From: an uncultured Bdellovibrionales bacterium
GTDB lineage: Bacteria; Bdellovibrionota; Bdellovibrionia; Bdellovibrionales; UBA1609
Direction of reading: 5' to 3'
Assembly: GCA_903833275.1 (NCBI GenBank)
Contig: CAILEP010000006.1
Location: 259,652 to 323,651, forward strand
Length of the DNA: 64,000 nt
Shown here: piece by piece, positions 55,042 to 63,875 of the stretch
Numbering within the stretch: the stretch's first letter is position 1
Layout of the letters: every line of letters starts with the position of its first letter
Notes under the pieces: generated by a model
Database searches by the model: none
Told to the model about the DNA's origin: nothing
Seen by the model: the letters and a program-made list of their open reading frames with translations, nothing else
Translations under genes and position numbers: made by a program

Positions 55042-55995
55042 ATGTCTATATGGATTCTTGCCGCCATCGTGGTTCAAATATTTATGTTTCTCTCAATCGC
55101 TATTTTGTGGGTTCGCCAATCGCGACCCGCAAAAGAAGACCCCCGCTTGAGCCGCGGGCTTCAGTTGCTACAAAGCAAGATAGCGGTTCTCGAAGATCTT
55201 TCTGATCGCACCGAAACTCAAGTGCGTCAGTTGACTCAAATTCTTGAAGAGCGGGCTCGCGCGCTGCAAACCAAAATTCTTAATGCAGAAGAAATGATCA
55301 TTAAGATCGAGCATTCAATGCGAAAAAGTCTCGACGTCGCCGAAATTTTTCAAGATAAAATCCCGCACGAAGAAATTATCGGGCGCAATCAAACTCAGAA
55401 GTACGTGACAGCTGCAAAGCTGGCTCACGAAGGTCTTTCGATCGATGAAATCGTCGCTCAGGTAGGCTTGCCACGCAGCGAAGTTGAATTTATTTCGAAG
55501 GTAAATCGTGAAGAGCTGACCTTCGACCCGGCCCTTTTGCCTGAGTGGGCAAAGCCGCGCGAAGACTCGCAGGCGATGACTGAATCAAGAATGGACTCAA
55601 TGTCGGCCCCGGCGTCAATGCGCCAAAACGCCGCAACTCAAGCGGTTGAGCAAGTGTTTCAACCCAAAGTAACGGACCTCAGTTCGTTGCATCGAATAGA
55701 AGAAGATTTTAAGCAGAGCGTACGCCAAGCTGAAGATTTTGAGAGAAGAGAGGCTGAGAAGTTTCGCCAAGCCGAAGAGCGGCTCAATGCGCTTAAGAAA
55801 ACGGCAACACGCATGACACAAAACCTGGTGACGTCGGCAGAGTCAATAGTACGGCATTCGGGTGAAGTTATTAAAACGGCAGCCGAGCGCGCCGGCGAGA
55901 AAATGGTTGAGCGAGCGAATGAGCGAGCGGCGGATCGTTCGGCGGCGTCAAGAAATGGGCCGATTGTTCGTAAGGTTGAGTTTCCGAGAATTTAA
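55042..55995 (+). CDS. membrane-anchored coiled-coil protein with an HTH-like segment
   Basis: N-terminal TM, long charged helices, and AAKLAHEGLSIDEIVAQVGLPRSEVEFISKVNR, which resembles the DUF2802-type motif seen in some flagellar loci (from memory). Confidence 0.55.
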   Translation: MSIWILAAIVVQIFMFLSIAILWVRQSRPAKEDPRLSRGLQLLQSKIAVLEDLSDRTETQVRQLTQILEERARALQTKILNAEEMIIKIEHSMRKSLDVAEIFQDKIPHEEIIGRNQTQKYVTAAKLAHEGLSIDEIVAQVGLPRSEVEFISKVNREELTFDPALLPEWAKPREDSQAMTESRMDSMSAPASMRQNAATQAVEQVFQPKVTDLSSLHRIEEDFKQSVRQAEDFERREAEKFRQAEERLNALKKTATRMTQNLVTSAESIVRHSGEVIKTAAERAGEKMVERANERAADRSAASRNGPIVRKVEFPRI

Positions 55996-56027
55996 TTAAC
56001 GTGGGCCTTTGAGCCACTAAAACTATT

Positions 56028-56279
56028 ATGAAATTCACAGTTCACAAATTAAGAGTCGGAGATCATGTTCGCGCCCAGGTTGTTGAGTACGTGGGCGACG
56101 ATGAAATGATTGTTAGTTTTCAAGGCGATCTCATTCGCGTCCAAAATAAAAGCCAAAGGCAATTGCGGGCTGGTGATAAAATTCTCGTGCGCGTAACTAA
56201 TATTACGCCGCTGTTTTTTCAGTTGGTCGACGAGAACGATCGCTTGCGTGGGGCCACGCGAATTAATTTACAGGCCTAA
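56028..56279 (+). CDS. small hypothetical protein (83 aa, beta-rich)
   Basis: ATG ORF. The pattern VGDHVRAQVVEY...GDKILVRV suggests a small beta-barrel. No family assigned. Confidence 0.45.
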   Translation: MKFTVHKLRVGDHVRAQVVEYVGDDEMIVSFQGDLIRVQNKSQRQLRAGDKILVRVTNITPLFFQLVDENDRLRGATRINLQA

Positions 56280-56282
56280 TAG

Positions 56283-56786
56283 TTACTTCGCGCTCTCGCG
56301 AATAAAGCGGCTGATGTAGTGCCGCACTAAGAAGTCAATTTTGACTGGCAGGTTGCGGTAATGCCATTGAAGCTCACCAAAAGCACCCCATTGGGCGCGC
56401 AGAATATCTTTTTCAGTGGGCTTCACATTTTCGCTCTCAGAGGCGGCTAAAAAGTGCGAAGCCAGTAGGCTGTGATAAATTTCAACTTCGCCCGAACGAC
56501 GAAACGAGAATATTAACTTGTAGCCGTTACGAAAGAGCATGAAGTCCGATTTGGTATTTGAAATGCCATAGATTTTGAGTGTGCCGGCCGCTGAACCCTT
56601 GAGTTGATTAAAAGTGGCGCTCGCCTCAACCATGGCGGCTTTGATGTCGCGCAGAAATTCGAGAGTTTGTTCTTCGAGGTGAGCTTCCGGGTCGATGGCC
56701 GATAAACTAACGACACCAGATTCTTCCATCTGTTGTTCGCTCATGACCAATTCTTTGATCCAGTCGAGATTTGAGATAGTCCCCAC
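56283..56786 (-). CDS. hypothetical protein (167 aa)
   Basis: ORF with AAAGGGG upstream of its GTG start. No family recognised. Confidence 0.5.
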   Translation of the reverse strand: MGTISNLDWIKELVMSEQQMEESGVVSLSAIDPEAHLEEQTLEFLRDIKAAMVEASATFNQLKGSAAGTLKIYGISNTKSDFMLFRNGYKLIFSFRRSGEVEIYHSLLASHFLAASESENVKPTEKDILRAQWGAFGELQWHYRNLPVKIDFLVRHYISRFIRESAK

Positions 56787-56924
56787 GGCCCATACCCCTT
56801 TGCAGAGTTAGTAAAACCCACGGCAGGCGTCGCTCAGATCTGCGTTACAGACCTCGGCGCCGCACAGCACAAATATATGTTTGTGTCTGGCGGCGCAAAA
56901 GTCAAGCTAGACCTAAATCTAGGG

Positions 56925-57404
56925 TTATATATTGGCTTCGAGTTCAGCCGCCTCTTCAATGGGTCGCGTGGTCGGCTCTTCTTCATCGGCCGGTATCAGA
57001 AATGAGGTGTCGTCATCGCCATCTTCGGGTTGTTGCGCACCATCACGAGGGCCCCCATCGCGAATGTTGCGGGGCAGAAAATCAACGTGGATTGCGTGAA
57101 TGCTAGTGCGGCGTTCAATTTTGCCTTCTCGCTGTTGCGCGTACTGAGTTAAATAGCCTTCAACGAGAACAGGGTTCCCTTTGCTCAAGTAGCGGGCGCA
57201 GGTTTCAGCCTCTTTGCCCCAAACGCGCACGTAATGCCAATCGGTGGCTTGCTTAAATTTCTTTTCACCTTCACCTTCGACCCCGCCAATGTGGCGATGG
57301 GTGGCGATTGAGAGCGAAGTGTACTTCTTGCCGGTCTTTGTCGGGTGTGTCTGTGGGTCACTTCCGAGAAAGCCCATGATAAAAATGCGATTTAGTCCGT
57401 TCAT
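56925..57404 (-). CDS. ssb: single-stranded DNA-binding protein
   Basis: MNGLNRIFIMGFLGSDP OB-fold N-terminus, WHYVRVWGKEAE, and an acidic C-terminal tail. Confidence 0.9.
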   Translation of the reverse strand: MNGLNRIFIMGFLGSDPQTHPTKTGKKYTSLSIATHRHIGGVEGEGEKKFKQATDWHYVRVWGKEAETCARYLSKGNPVLVEGYLTQYAQQREGKIERRTSIHAIHVDFLPRNIRDGGPRDGAQQPEDGDDDTSFLIPADEEEPTTRPIEEAAELEANI

Positions 57405-57613
57405 ATTACCTCCAAACGACTAAGCGGGTTAAATGTGAATGGGTCTCATTGCAAATGTTGGGCTGAGGCGAGAATAGCCACAATCCTCACCGGGTTCGGT
57501 ATCATCCGATTTCGGATTCGTTTGACATTCTTTCGGCCATTTTCGAAACTAGGCTCTGTCAATTTTTGCAATAAAATTGCAGCATTAGATTAATAACAAA
57601 GGAGCCACTTTTT

Positions 57614-58135
57614 ATGCGAACAACCTTACGCCTTCTCTCATTGGGATTTATCGGTCTCGCGATCGCCCTCTCGGTTGCTTGTAGCAAAAAAGTCAAAGAA
57701 GACAAAAATGCAAAAGACGGAGCCGGGGGCGAAGAAAAAGCCGCCATTTCTCAAGAAGCAATGACCTTTAGCCCAACGGGCAGCGATAGCGGCAGCATCG
57801 AAGGTCTTTCAACTGTGCACTTCAAATTGGACTCATCACTGATCGATGCCGATGCACGCAAGACTCTCACTGACAACGCCGGCTGGATCAAAGGGCATCA
57901 AGCGTTGACCATTCAAATTGAGGGGCATTGTGATGCACGCGGTTCTGTTGAATACAACTTGGCGCTCGGTGAGCGACGAGCTAAAGCGGTAAAAGAGTAT
58001 CTCGTGAGCTTGGGCGTCGATAGCAAGCATTTGACGATTATTTCTTATGGCAAAGAGAAGCCAATTGTGGCGGGTGAGTCTGAAGATGCATGGTCGAAAA
58101 ATCGCCGTGCTAACTTTGTTCCACTTTCAAACTAG
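57614..58135 (+). CDS. pal: peptidoglycan-associated lipoprotein (OmpA-family, Pal)
   Basis: Lipobox LSVAC, plus OmpA-like FKLDSSLIDADAR, IEGHCDARGSVEYNLALGERRA and NRRANF. Confidence 0.9.
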   Translation: MRTTLRLLSLGFIGLAIALSVACSKKVKEDKNAKDGAGGEEKAAISQEAMTFSPTGSDSGSIEGLSTVHFKLDSSLIDADARKTLTDNAGWIKGHQALTIQIEGHCDARGSVEYNLALGERRAKAVKEYLVSLGVDSKHLTIISYGKEKPIVAGESEDAWSKNRRANFVPLSN

Positions 58136-58156
58136 ATTTATACTGAACAAGAGTGA

Positions 58157-58483
58157 ATGAGGTTTAAAGACGTTCGTGCCATTTTGTTTGTCGCCACTTT
58201 CGTGGCGGCCAATTTGGGTTTAGTCGGCTGCGCGGGGCGCGCGCCCTATGAAGACTACACTTTAGCCCATACTGCGCTTGAGTCGGCCCGAGCCGCTCAA
58301 GCCCCGCGAGTTTCGCCCGGCTATTATTCGCGCGCAGACGAATTTTACCATCGCGGCGTGACTCATTTTGACGAGCGCCATTTTAACGCTGCTAAAGAAG
58401 ACTTTGATCAAGCACGATTTTTTGCAGAACAAGCTGAGAACTACACGGTTTTGAAAAAAGCCGAAACTGGTGAGAGCAATTGA
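58157..58483 (+). CDS. small lipoprotein (DUF4398-like helical)
   Basis: Lipobox LGLVGC and a helical Ala-rich body. Sits between pal and ybgF. Confidence 0.55.
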   Translation: MRFKDVRAILFVATFVAANLGLVGCAGRAPYEDYTLAHTALESARAAQAPRVSPGYYSRADEFYHRGVTHFDERHFNAAKEDFDQARFFAEQAENYTVLKKAETGESN

Positions 58484-58500
58484 ACTTGAGGGGGCCCGTT

Positions 58501-59196
58501 ATGAAATTAAAAAAGTCTTTTGTGATTAATGTTTCTAAATGGATTGTGATCGGTGCTCTCGAGCTAGCGGTTACGGGTTGTCTCGCAACAAGAGATGAAA
58601 TTCGTGAAGGGGTTAAGGCTGAGCCACCAACGCAAGAGCAACAATCGATTGCCAATAATAACGTTCGCTATCAAGAACTCGAAGAGCAGACGCGAAAAAT
58701 GATGGGGCGAATCGAAACCCTTGAAAACAGCATGAACATTCTCGGGGCCGATAAAACCGGCACGCGTAGTGAGCAAGTCGCGGCTAAAAAAGCGACCGAC
58801 GAAAAGCTCAAGATTCTAGAAGATGCGGTGACAAAACTTGAAAATGAAAATGTAGTTTTGTTACAGAAATTAGAGGCGTTGAAAACTTCGCAGGTGAGTG
58901 CCGATTCAAGCGCCAAAGAAGCTAAGGCCGCGGCCAGCAAAAAAAGCCCCTTCGAACAGGCCGAGGGCGAATATCAAAAAAGAAAATGGAAAGAGTCGAT
59001 TGTGCTCTATCAAAAGTACCGTGACACAAGCCCGACCGGGCGGCACTACGCAGAGGCGAGTTATAAAATTGGCTCGGCTTTTCATGAGCTTGGTATGAAG
59101 GCTGAAGCCAAATCATTTTATGCCGAAGTGGCTGAAAAATTTCCGCGTTCTGAGTGGGCGAAGAAAGCTGCGGCCAAACTGAAAATACTGAAGTGA
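58501..59196 (+). CDS. ybgF: Tol-Pal system protein YbgF/CpoB
   Basis: N-terminal coiled coil and a C-terminal TPR-like region (YQKYRDTSPTGRHYAEASYKIGSAFHELGMKAEAKSFYAEVAEKFPRSEWAKKA). GAGGGGG RBS. Confidence 0.8.
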   Translation: MKLKKSFVINVSKWIVIGALELAVTGCLATRDEIREGVKAEPPTQEQQSIANNNVRYQELEEQTRKMMGRIETLENSMNILGADKTGTRSEQVAAKKATDEKLKILEDAVTKLENENVVLLQKLEALKTSQVSADSSAKEAKAAASKKSPFEQAEGEYQKRKWKESIVLYQKYRDTSPTGRHYAEASYKIGSAFHELGMKAEAKSFYAEVAEKFPRSEWAKKAAAKLKILK

Positions 59197-59201
59197 GCGC
59201 G

Positions 59202-60284
59202 ATGCGATTTCAGCATGTGTTGGCACTTGAAACAAGTTGCGACGACACCTCTGCCGCGATCGTGCGTGCCGATGGCTTCGTCGTCGGTTGCATTTCAGCC
59301 AATCAAGATCTTCAGCACCGACCCTTTGGCGGCGTTGTGCCTGAAATCGCAAGTCGCAATCACACATTGCAAATACTGCCTTTGATCGAAGAGCTTTTTG
59401 CGCGCACCAAATTTTCGGCGGCACAAATTGATGGCATGGCCGTGACCTCGCGACCCGGCCTTATCGGCTCTTTGCTTGTGGGGGTCGTCACCGCCAAAAC
59501 ACTTGCGCTTATTTATGGGCGACCCTTTGTCGGAGTAAATCATCTTGAGGGCCATTTACTTGCGCCTTTTTTGCGAGACGAAAAATACACTCCGCCAGAG
59601 GGGTTTACCTACCCCTATCTCGCTCTCGCCGTAAGTGGTGGCCACACGACGCTTTATCACGTTAAGGGGCTGGGGGCTTACGAGGTTTTGGGTCGAACGG
59701 TTGACGATGCCGCGGGCGAGGCTCTTGATAAATTTGCCAAGGTGGTGGGGCTCGGCTTTCCGGGTGGCGCGCGAGTTGACGAGGCCGCAAAGCAGGGCAA
59801 TGCCAAGGCTTTTCAATTGCCGCGCACCATGCGCAATGAAGACAGTTTAGATTTTAGTTTCTCAGGGCTGAAGGCGGCGGCTGTTCGTTTGGTTGAGTCA
59901 ATCCCGCCCGAGCAACTTATGCAAAAAACAGCTGATCTTTGTGCGAGTTATCAAGAGGCGGTTGTCGACAGCCTTATGTACAAACTGGATCTGGCCCAAA
60001 AAAATATTTCAAATATTAAACGTATTGTCGTCACGGGTGGCGTTAGCGCTAATTCACGTTTGCGAGCGGTTGCCGCGGAGTGGGCTCAGGCGCGCTCTTT
60101 GCAACTTGTTCTACCGCCTTTGCGTTATTGCACCGACAACGCGGCGATGATCGGCTTCGCGGGCATTCAGCGTCTCAACCGTGGTGAAAGTGCGGATCAA
60201 CGGTTGGCGCCGTCATCGGCGAGTTACGATGAAGACTTTACGGCAAGTCGATTTGCACTACACAGCGCGAGAGGTAAGACATGA
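59202..60284 (+). CDS. tsaD: tRNA N6-adenosine threonylcarbamoyltransferase
   Basis: LALETSCDDTSAAIV, VNHLEGH and VSGGHT motifs. Confidence 0.95.
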   Translation: MRFQHVLALETSCDDTSAAIVRADGFVVGCISANQDLQHRPFGGVVPEIASRNHTLQILPLIEELFARTKFSAAQIDGMAVTSRPGLIGSLLVGVVTAKTLALIYGRPFVGVNHLEGHLLAPFLRDEKYTPPEGFTYPYLALAVSGGHTTLYHVKGLGAYEVLGRTVDDAAGEALDKFAKVVGLGFPGGARVDEAAKQGNAKAFQLPRTMRNEDSLDFSFSGLKAAAVRLVESIPPEQLMQKTADLCASYQEAVVDSLMYKLDLAQKNISNIKRIVVTGGVSANSRLRAVAAEWAQARSLQLVLPPLRYCTDNAAMIGFAGIQRLNRGESADQRLAPSSASYDEDFTASRFALHSARGKT

Positions 60285-61081
60285 GTTCGGCACTGACGCC
60301 TAAAGAAGAGCTTCTCAAAAAACTGCACGCCTTGGGGGTAGAGCCCAAGCGCGGGTTGGGACAAAATTTCTTAATCAGCGGCCACGTGATCAGTCGAATC
60401 TTTGACGATGTTGATCGTTTGAAGCCGACGTTTGTGGTGGAGGTTGGCCCAGGGCTTGGCGCCCTGACTGAGTCGTTGATTCGGCGCAAGGGTCGACGGC
60501 TGCTTATTGAAATGGATAACAAGTATGCCAAATATTGGCGCGACCAGGGCGAAGAAGTCATTGAAGACGATGCGCTTCAGGTTGATTGGGTTAAAATGCC
60601 CTTGCCCGAGCCGACATTGCTATTGAGTAACCTGCCTTATCAAATTTCATCGCGATTGGTGATTGATCGATCGCCTGGCCCTCGGCAAATAACCGATATG
60701 ATTTTGATGTTTCAAAAAGAAGTGGCAGAGCGATTGGTCGCTGGGCCAAGTACAGCCGACTACGGTTTTCTATCAGTGGTCGCCCAAAGTTTTTGGTCAA
60801 TGCGTGTGGTGGTCGATGCGTCGCCTGAATGCTTCTATCCGATCCCGAATGTATCAAGCCGTGTGATGGGCTTTTCGCGACGTAAAGATGTCGTGCTGAG
60901 CGAAAGCTATATAAAATTTGTAAAAGAGGCTTTTCAGTTTCGCCGTAAATTATTGATTAAAAACTTGAAACCGAGAGAGGCTAAACTGCGGCCAGCCCTG
61001 CAAGAGCTCGGTTTTAGCGATAAAACACGGGCCGAAGAGCTTTCTGCCCAAGATTTTCAGCGCCTCTTCGCGAAGATGTGA
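60281..61081 (+). CDS. rsmA: 16S rRNA (adenine1518/1519-N6)-dimethyltransferase
   Basis: GLGQNFL, VVEVGPGLGALTE and SNLPYQISS motifs. Confidence 0.93.
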   Translation: MSSALTPKEELLKKLHALGVEPKRGLGQNFLISGHVISRIFDDVDRLKPTFVVEVGPGLGALTESLIRRKGRRLLIEMDNKYAKYWRDQGEEVIEDDALQVDWVKMPLPEPTLLLSNLPYQISSRLVIDRSPGPRQITDMILMFQKEVAERLVAGPSTADYGFLSVVAQSFWSMRVVVDASPECFYPIPNVSSRVMGFSRRKDVVLSESYIKFVKEAFQFRRKLLIKNLKPREAKLRPALQELGFSDKTRAEELSAQDFQRLFAKM

Positions 61082-61136
61082 GGCCTGGCGGCATTATGCT
61101 TGCACTGGGTGAGCCCATAGTTATAAATCAAGATAG

Positions 61137-61598
61137 ATGAGCAATATCAAAATCATAGTTGAAAATAAGAAAGCTCGTTTCGACTTTCATATTGTCGAGA
61201 CCTATGAGGCCGGCTTGGTGCTTGTTGGTAGCGAGGTCAAGTCGCTGAGGAAAGGGCACGCGCAGCTTAAAGATGCTTACGTGAGCTTTGTGGGCGATGA
61301 GATTTTTTTGCAAAGGGCAAACATCAGCCAGTATGCGGCGAGCTCCTACAATAACCATGTGCCTGAACGTTTGCGCAAGCTTCTGATGAATCGAAACGAA
61401 ATCAACAAGATCTATTCGGCCACTGTTGAAAAAGGCATGTCGTGCATCCCGCTCAAATTGTATTTTAAAGACGGCCGCGTGAAGGTTGAGATTGCCATTG
61501 CGAAGGGCAAGAAGAAGGGCGATAAGCGCGAGGCGATTAAGACGCGTGAGATGAACCGCGAGGTTTCTCGGGCGCTTCGCCATGCAAAGGGCTCGTAA
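61137..61598 (+). CDS. smpB: SsrA-binding protein
   Basis: ENKKARFDFHIVETYEAGLVLVGSEVKSLR, and IPLKLYFKDGRVKVEIAIAKGKK. Confidence 0.95.
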   Translation: MSNIKIIVENKKARFDFHIVETYEAGLVLVGSEVKSLRKGHAQLKDAYVSFVGDEIFLQRANISQYAASSYNNHVPERLRKLLMNRNEINKIYSATVEKGMSCIPLKLYFKDGRVKVEIAIAKGKKKGDKREAIKTREMNREVSRALRHAKGS

Positions 61599-62208
61599 CT
61601 CGATGGGGCATTTCGCTCGGTAAATCGAGACGCAATGCGCGCTCCTCAATAAATTGATCAAGAATCTTAATGGCCAAAGGGTTTGTCGTGGTTTTCTTGA
61701 GGCTCTTCAAGTCTTCAAGTTCGCGCAAGTACTGAGACTGCAAGAGTTTATAAAAATAGTTATAAGAATTTATAAGGTCTTTGAATTCGTCGCCTTCTCT
61801 AATTCGAATGGGTTGAAGTGAGAAGTCACCGCGGCTCGAAATACGAATGTGATTGCGTAAAATTTTGGCAGGTGCCGCGATTTTCTCGGTCATTTTTCGA
61901 GTAAAGAAGTACCAAAACACGACCTGAGCGGCGAGGGCAACGATGAAGATAACATCGAGGCCCACGCGTTCGCGATAAAGGTAGTTTGAAATTTGAGGGT
62001 TCATCAAGTCAGCCAGATCGACAAAAATCGAATAATTCTGGTTGGTAAAGTACAAAGCGGGTAGAAGAAAAAGCATCGACGAAACGGCCGATAGGCCAAT
62101 CAAATAACGCGTGATGCGCTCTTGAAAGTCGCGGTCGACGTAAGCTGTAGATCGCCGCGTATAGGTTGCCGGCTGAAGATGTTTAAGTTCGCGTAGGGGC
62201 CACATCAT
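61537..62208 (-). CDS. two-TM membrane protein with a HAMP-like linker
   Basis: Two hydrophobic segments followed by KIAAPAKILRNHIRISSRGDFSLQPIRIREGDEFKDLINSYNY. The 3' end overlaps smpB by 62 nt. Confidence 0.55.
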   Translation of the reverse strand: MMWPLRELKHLQPATYTRRSTAYVDRDFQERITRYLIGLSAVSSMLFLLPALYFTNQNYSIFVDLADLMNPQISNYLYRERVGLDVIFIVALAAQVVFWYFFTRKMTEKIAAPAKILRNHIRISSRGDFSLQPIRIREGDEFKDLINSYNYFYKLLQSQYLRELEDLKSLKKTTTNPLAIKILDQFIEERALRLDLPSEMPHRVTSPLHGEAPEKPRGSSHAS

Positions 62209-62261
62209 TCTATTCTATCGCCTGGTTGTGTTTTACTAAAAGCTCTTCTATCATCTTCACT

Positions 62262-63035
62262 ATGAAGTCACTGCAAACGTCAGAGGGCAAAAAATTCCTG
62301 TCGCTTGGGCTGGTCGCATCTTTGGCGATCACCTTGGCCCTCGGTCTTATTCTGTCGTCTTGTGCCATCAATACTCACCACGACCAAGAGCCCAGTAAGG
62401 CGGGCGAGGCGGCCACCGCAAGCGGCAAAGCGGGTGAATCAGAGGTTACGTTGACGGGCGATCGGCGGTCGGTTGAAGACTTGAGAAAAAGTATTCCGAC
62501 CGAAAAACGTCATGCGAATGATGACCTCAAGGCCGTGTTGGCTTTTTTTGGTGAAGTGAAAGAGCCGCCGCAAAAAATTCGAGATCGATACCAGCGGATC
62601 ATTCAACGCGAACGAGAAAAATTTCGACGCGACAGCGAGCGCGAGCGCGAGGCTTTTAATCGCGAAGAAAAAAAACGTCGCGATGATTTTAATGCGAAAA
62701 ACAAGGCTGAGCGCGAAGACTTTAACCCAAAGCGTTCTTCGAGCGACGAAAAGAAAAGATTTTTCGATGAGCTCGAGCAAAAGCGTCGCGACTTCAATAA
62801 CGACGAGCGAACCAAGCGCGACGATTTCAATGGTGCCACGAAACAAAAGAGCGATGACTTTAATGCTGAAATGCGCGACCGCGACCAAGAATTTAATGAG
62901 CAGTACCGCGCCTATTCGGTGCGCTACAGCGATTGGCAAAAAGAATTGAAAGAAAAATCAAATGGCAATTCGCTTTTTAAAAATTCGCCGACAAGTGGCC
63001 ACGGCCAAAATAATGGTCAAGGCGATGATCAATAG
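62262..63035 (+). CDS. lipoprotein with about nine charged 11-residue repeats
   Basis: Lipobox LILSSC. Phe recurs every 11 residues in an (R/K/E)-rich xxDFNxx context. Confidence 0.7.
   Translation: MKSLQTSEGKKFLSLGLVASLAITLALGLILSSCAINTHHDQEPSKAGEAATASGKAGESEVTLTGDRRSVEDLRKSIPTEKRHANDDLKAVLAFFGEVKEPPQKIRDRYQRIIQREREKFRRDSEREREAFNREEKKRRDDFNAKNKAEREDFNPKRSSSDEKKRFFDELEQKRRDFNNDERTKRDDFNGATKQKSDDFNAEMRDRDQEFNEQYRAYSVRYSDWQKELKEKSNGNSLFKNSPTSGHGQNNGQGDDQ
62613..62903 (+). repeat. intragenic 33-nt (11-aa) tandem repeat region
   Basis: Phe at protein positions 121, 132, 143, 154, 167/168, 178, 189, 200 and 211. Units include EAFNREEKKRR, DDFNAKNKAER, EDFNPKR..., RDFNNDERTKR, DDFNGATKQKS, DDFNAEMRDRD and QEFNEQ. 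Confidence 0.8.
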
Positions 63036-63037
63036 CC

Positions 63038-63856
63038 ATGGACAATCACAAGACCTACATTCACGGTTTCTCAAAAGATGAACAAGACCGACTTCGGCGC
63101 CAAGCCGAATTTATGGAGTTCTTGGTTTATCAAGACGTCAATCTCTCTGAAATTTCAAACCTGCTAGAGGTCGGCTGCGGTGTCGGCGCCCAAACGCAGA
63201 TTTTGCTTCGGCGCTTTCCGCACTTAAAAGTGAATTGCATTGATCTCAACGAGCAGCAGATCGAAGTGGCGCGCCAGGCGCTTTCTGAATCGCCTTATGC
63301 CAAGGGTCGGTACGAAATTTCAAAGATGAACGCTGAGAAGATGACGTTCGCTGACGACACCTTTGGCGGGGCCTTCTTCTGTTGGGTGCTTGAGCATGTG
63401 CCGAACCCAGCACGAGTTCTGGCCGAAACGCGTCGGGTGCTTAAGCCCAACGCGCGTGTCTTTTTAACTGAGGTTACCAACTTCGCTTTTTTTCTCGACC
63501 CATATTGTCCGGCGATTTGGAAATTTTGGATGGCCTTCAACGATTTTCAATATGACCAGGGCGGCGACCCGTTTGTGGGTGTGAAACTTGGCAGTCTGCT
63601 GCGAGATGCCGGGTTTTCTGACGTGCTCACCAACGTGAAAGTGGTTTACGCTGACAAGCGAGAGCCAGATCGTCGAAAGAAATTAATACTGTACTGGCAA
63701 GAACTTATGATGAGCGCCACCGACGAGCTTGTGAAGAGCTGTCGCGTTGATGTTGGTTTGGTTAATGCGATGAAGTATGAGTTTTCAGACATTATAGTAG
63801 ACCCAAATGCGATCATTTTTGACTCGTTTATGCAGGCCACCGCGCGCGTCCCGTGA
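63038..63856 (+). CDS. class I SAM-dependent methyltransferase
   Basis: LLEVGCGVGAQTQILL motif I and a later FFCWVLEHVPNP. Confidence 0.85.
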   Translation: MDNHKTYIHGFSKDEQDRLRRQAEFMEFLVYQDVNLSEISNLLEVGCGVGAQTQILLRRFPHLKVNCIDLNEQQIEVARQALSESPYAKGRYEISKMNAEKMTFADDTFGGAFFCWVLEHVPNPARVLAETRRVLKPNARVFLTEVTNFAFFLDPYCPAIWKFWMAFNDFQYDQGGDPFVGVKLGSLLRDAGFSDVLTNVKVVYADKREPDRRKKLILYWQELMMSATDELVKSCRVDVGLVNAMKYEFSDIIVDPNAIIFDSFMQATARVP

Positions 63857-63875
63857 GACGCACCGAAAGTAGATT

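Noticed and set aside
56840-56900. Imperfect inverted repeat GCGCCGCACAGCACAAA...TTTGTGTCTGGCGGCGC downstream of ssb
   Set aside because: It may be a terminator for ssb, but the stem has an internal mismatch block and no U-tract on the transcribed strand. It is too weak to annotate.
61128-61661. 177-aa minus-strand ORF
   Set aside because: It is antisense to the highly conserved smpB, so it is a shadow ORF.
62439-62939. 166-aa and 78-aa minus-strand ORFs
   Set aside because: They are antisense to the repeat lipoprotein gene. The open frames are a by-product of the repetitive, stop-poor GA-rich coding repeats.
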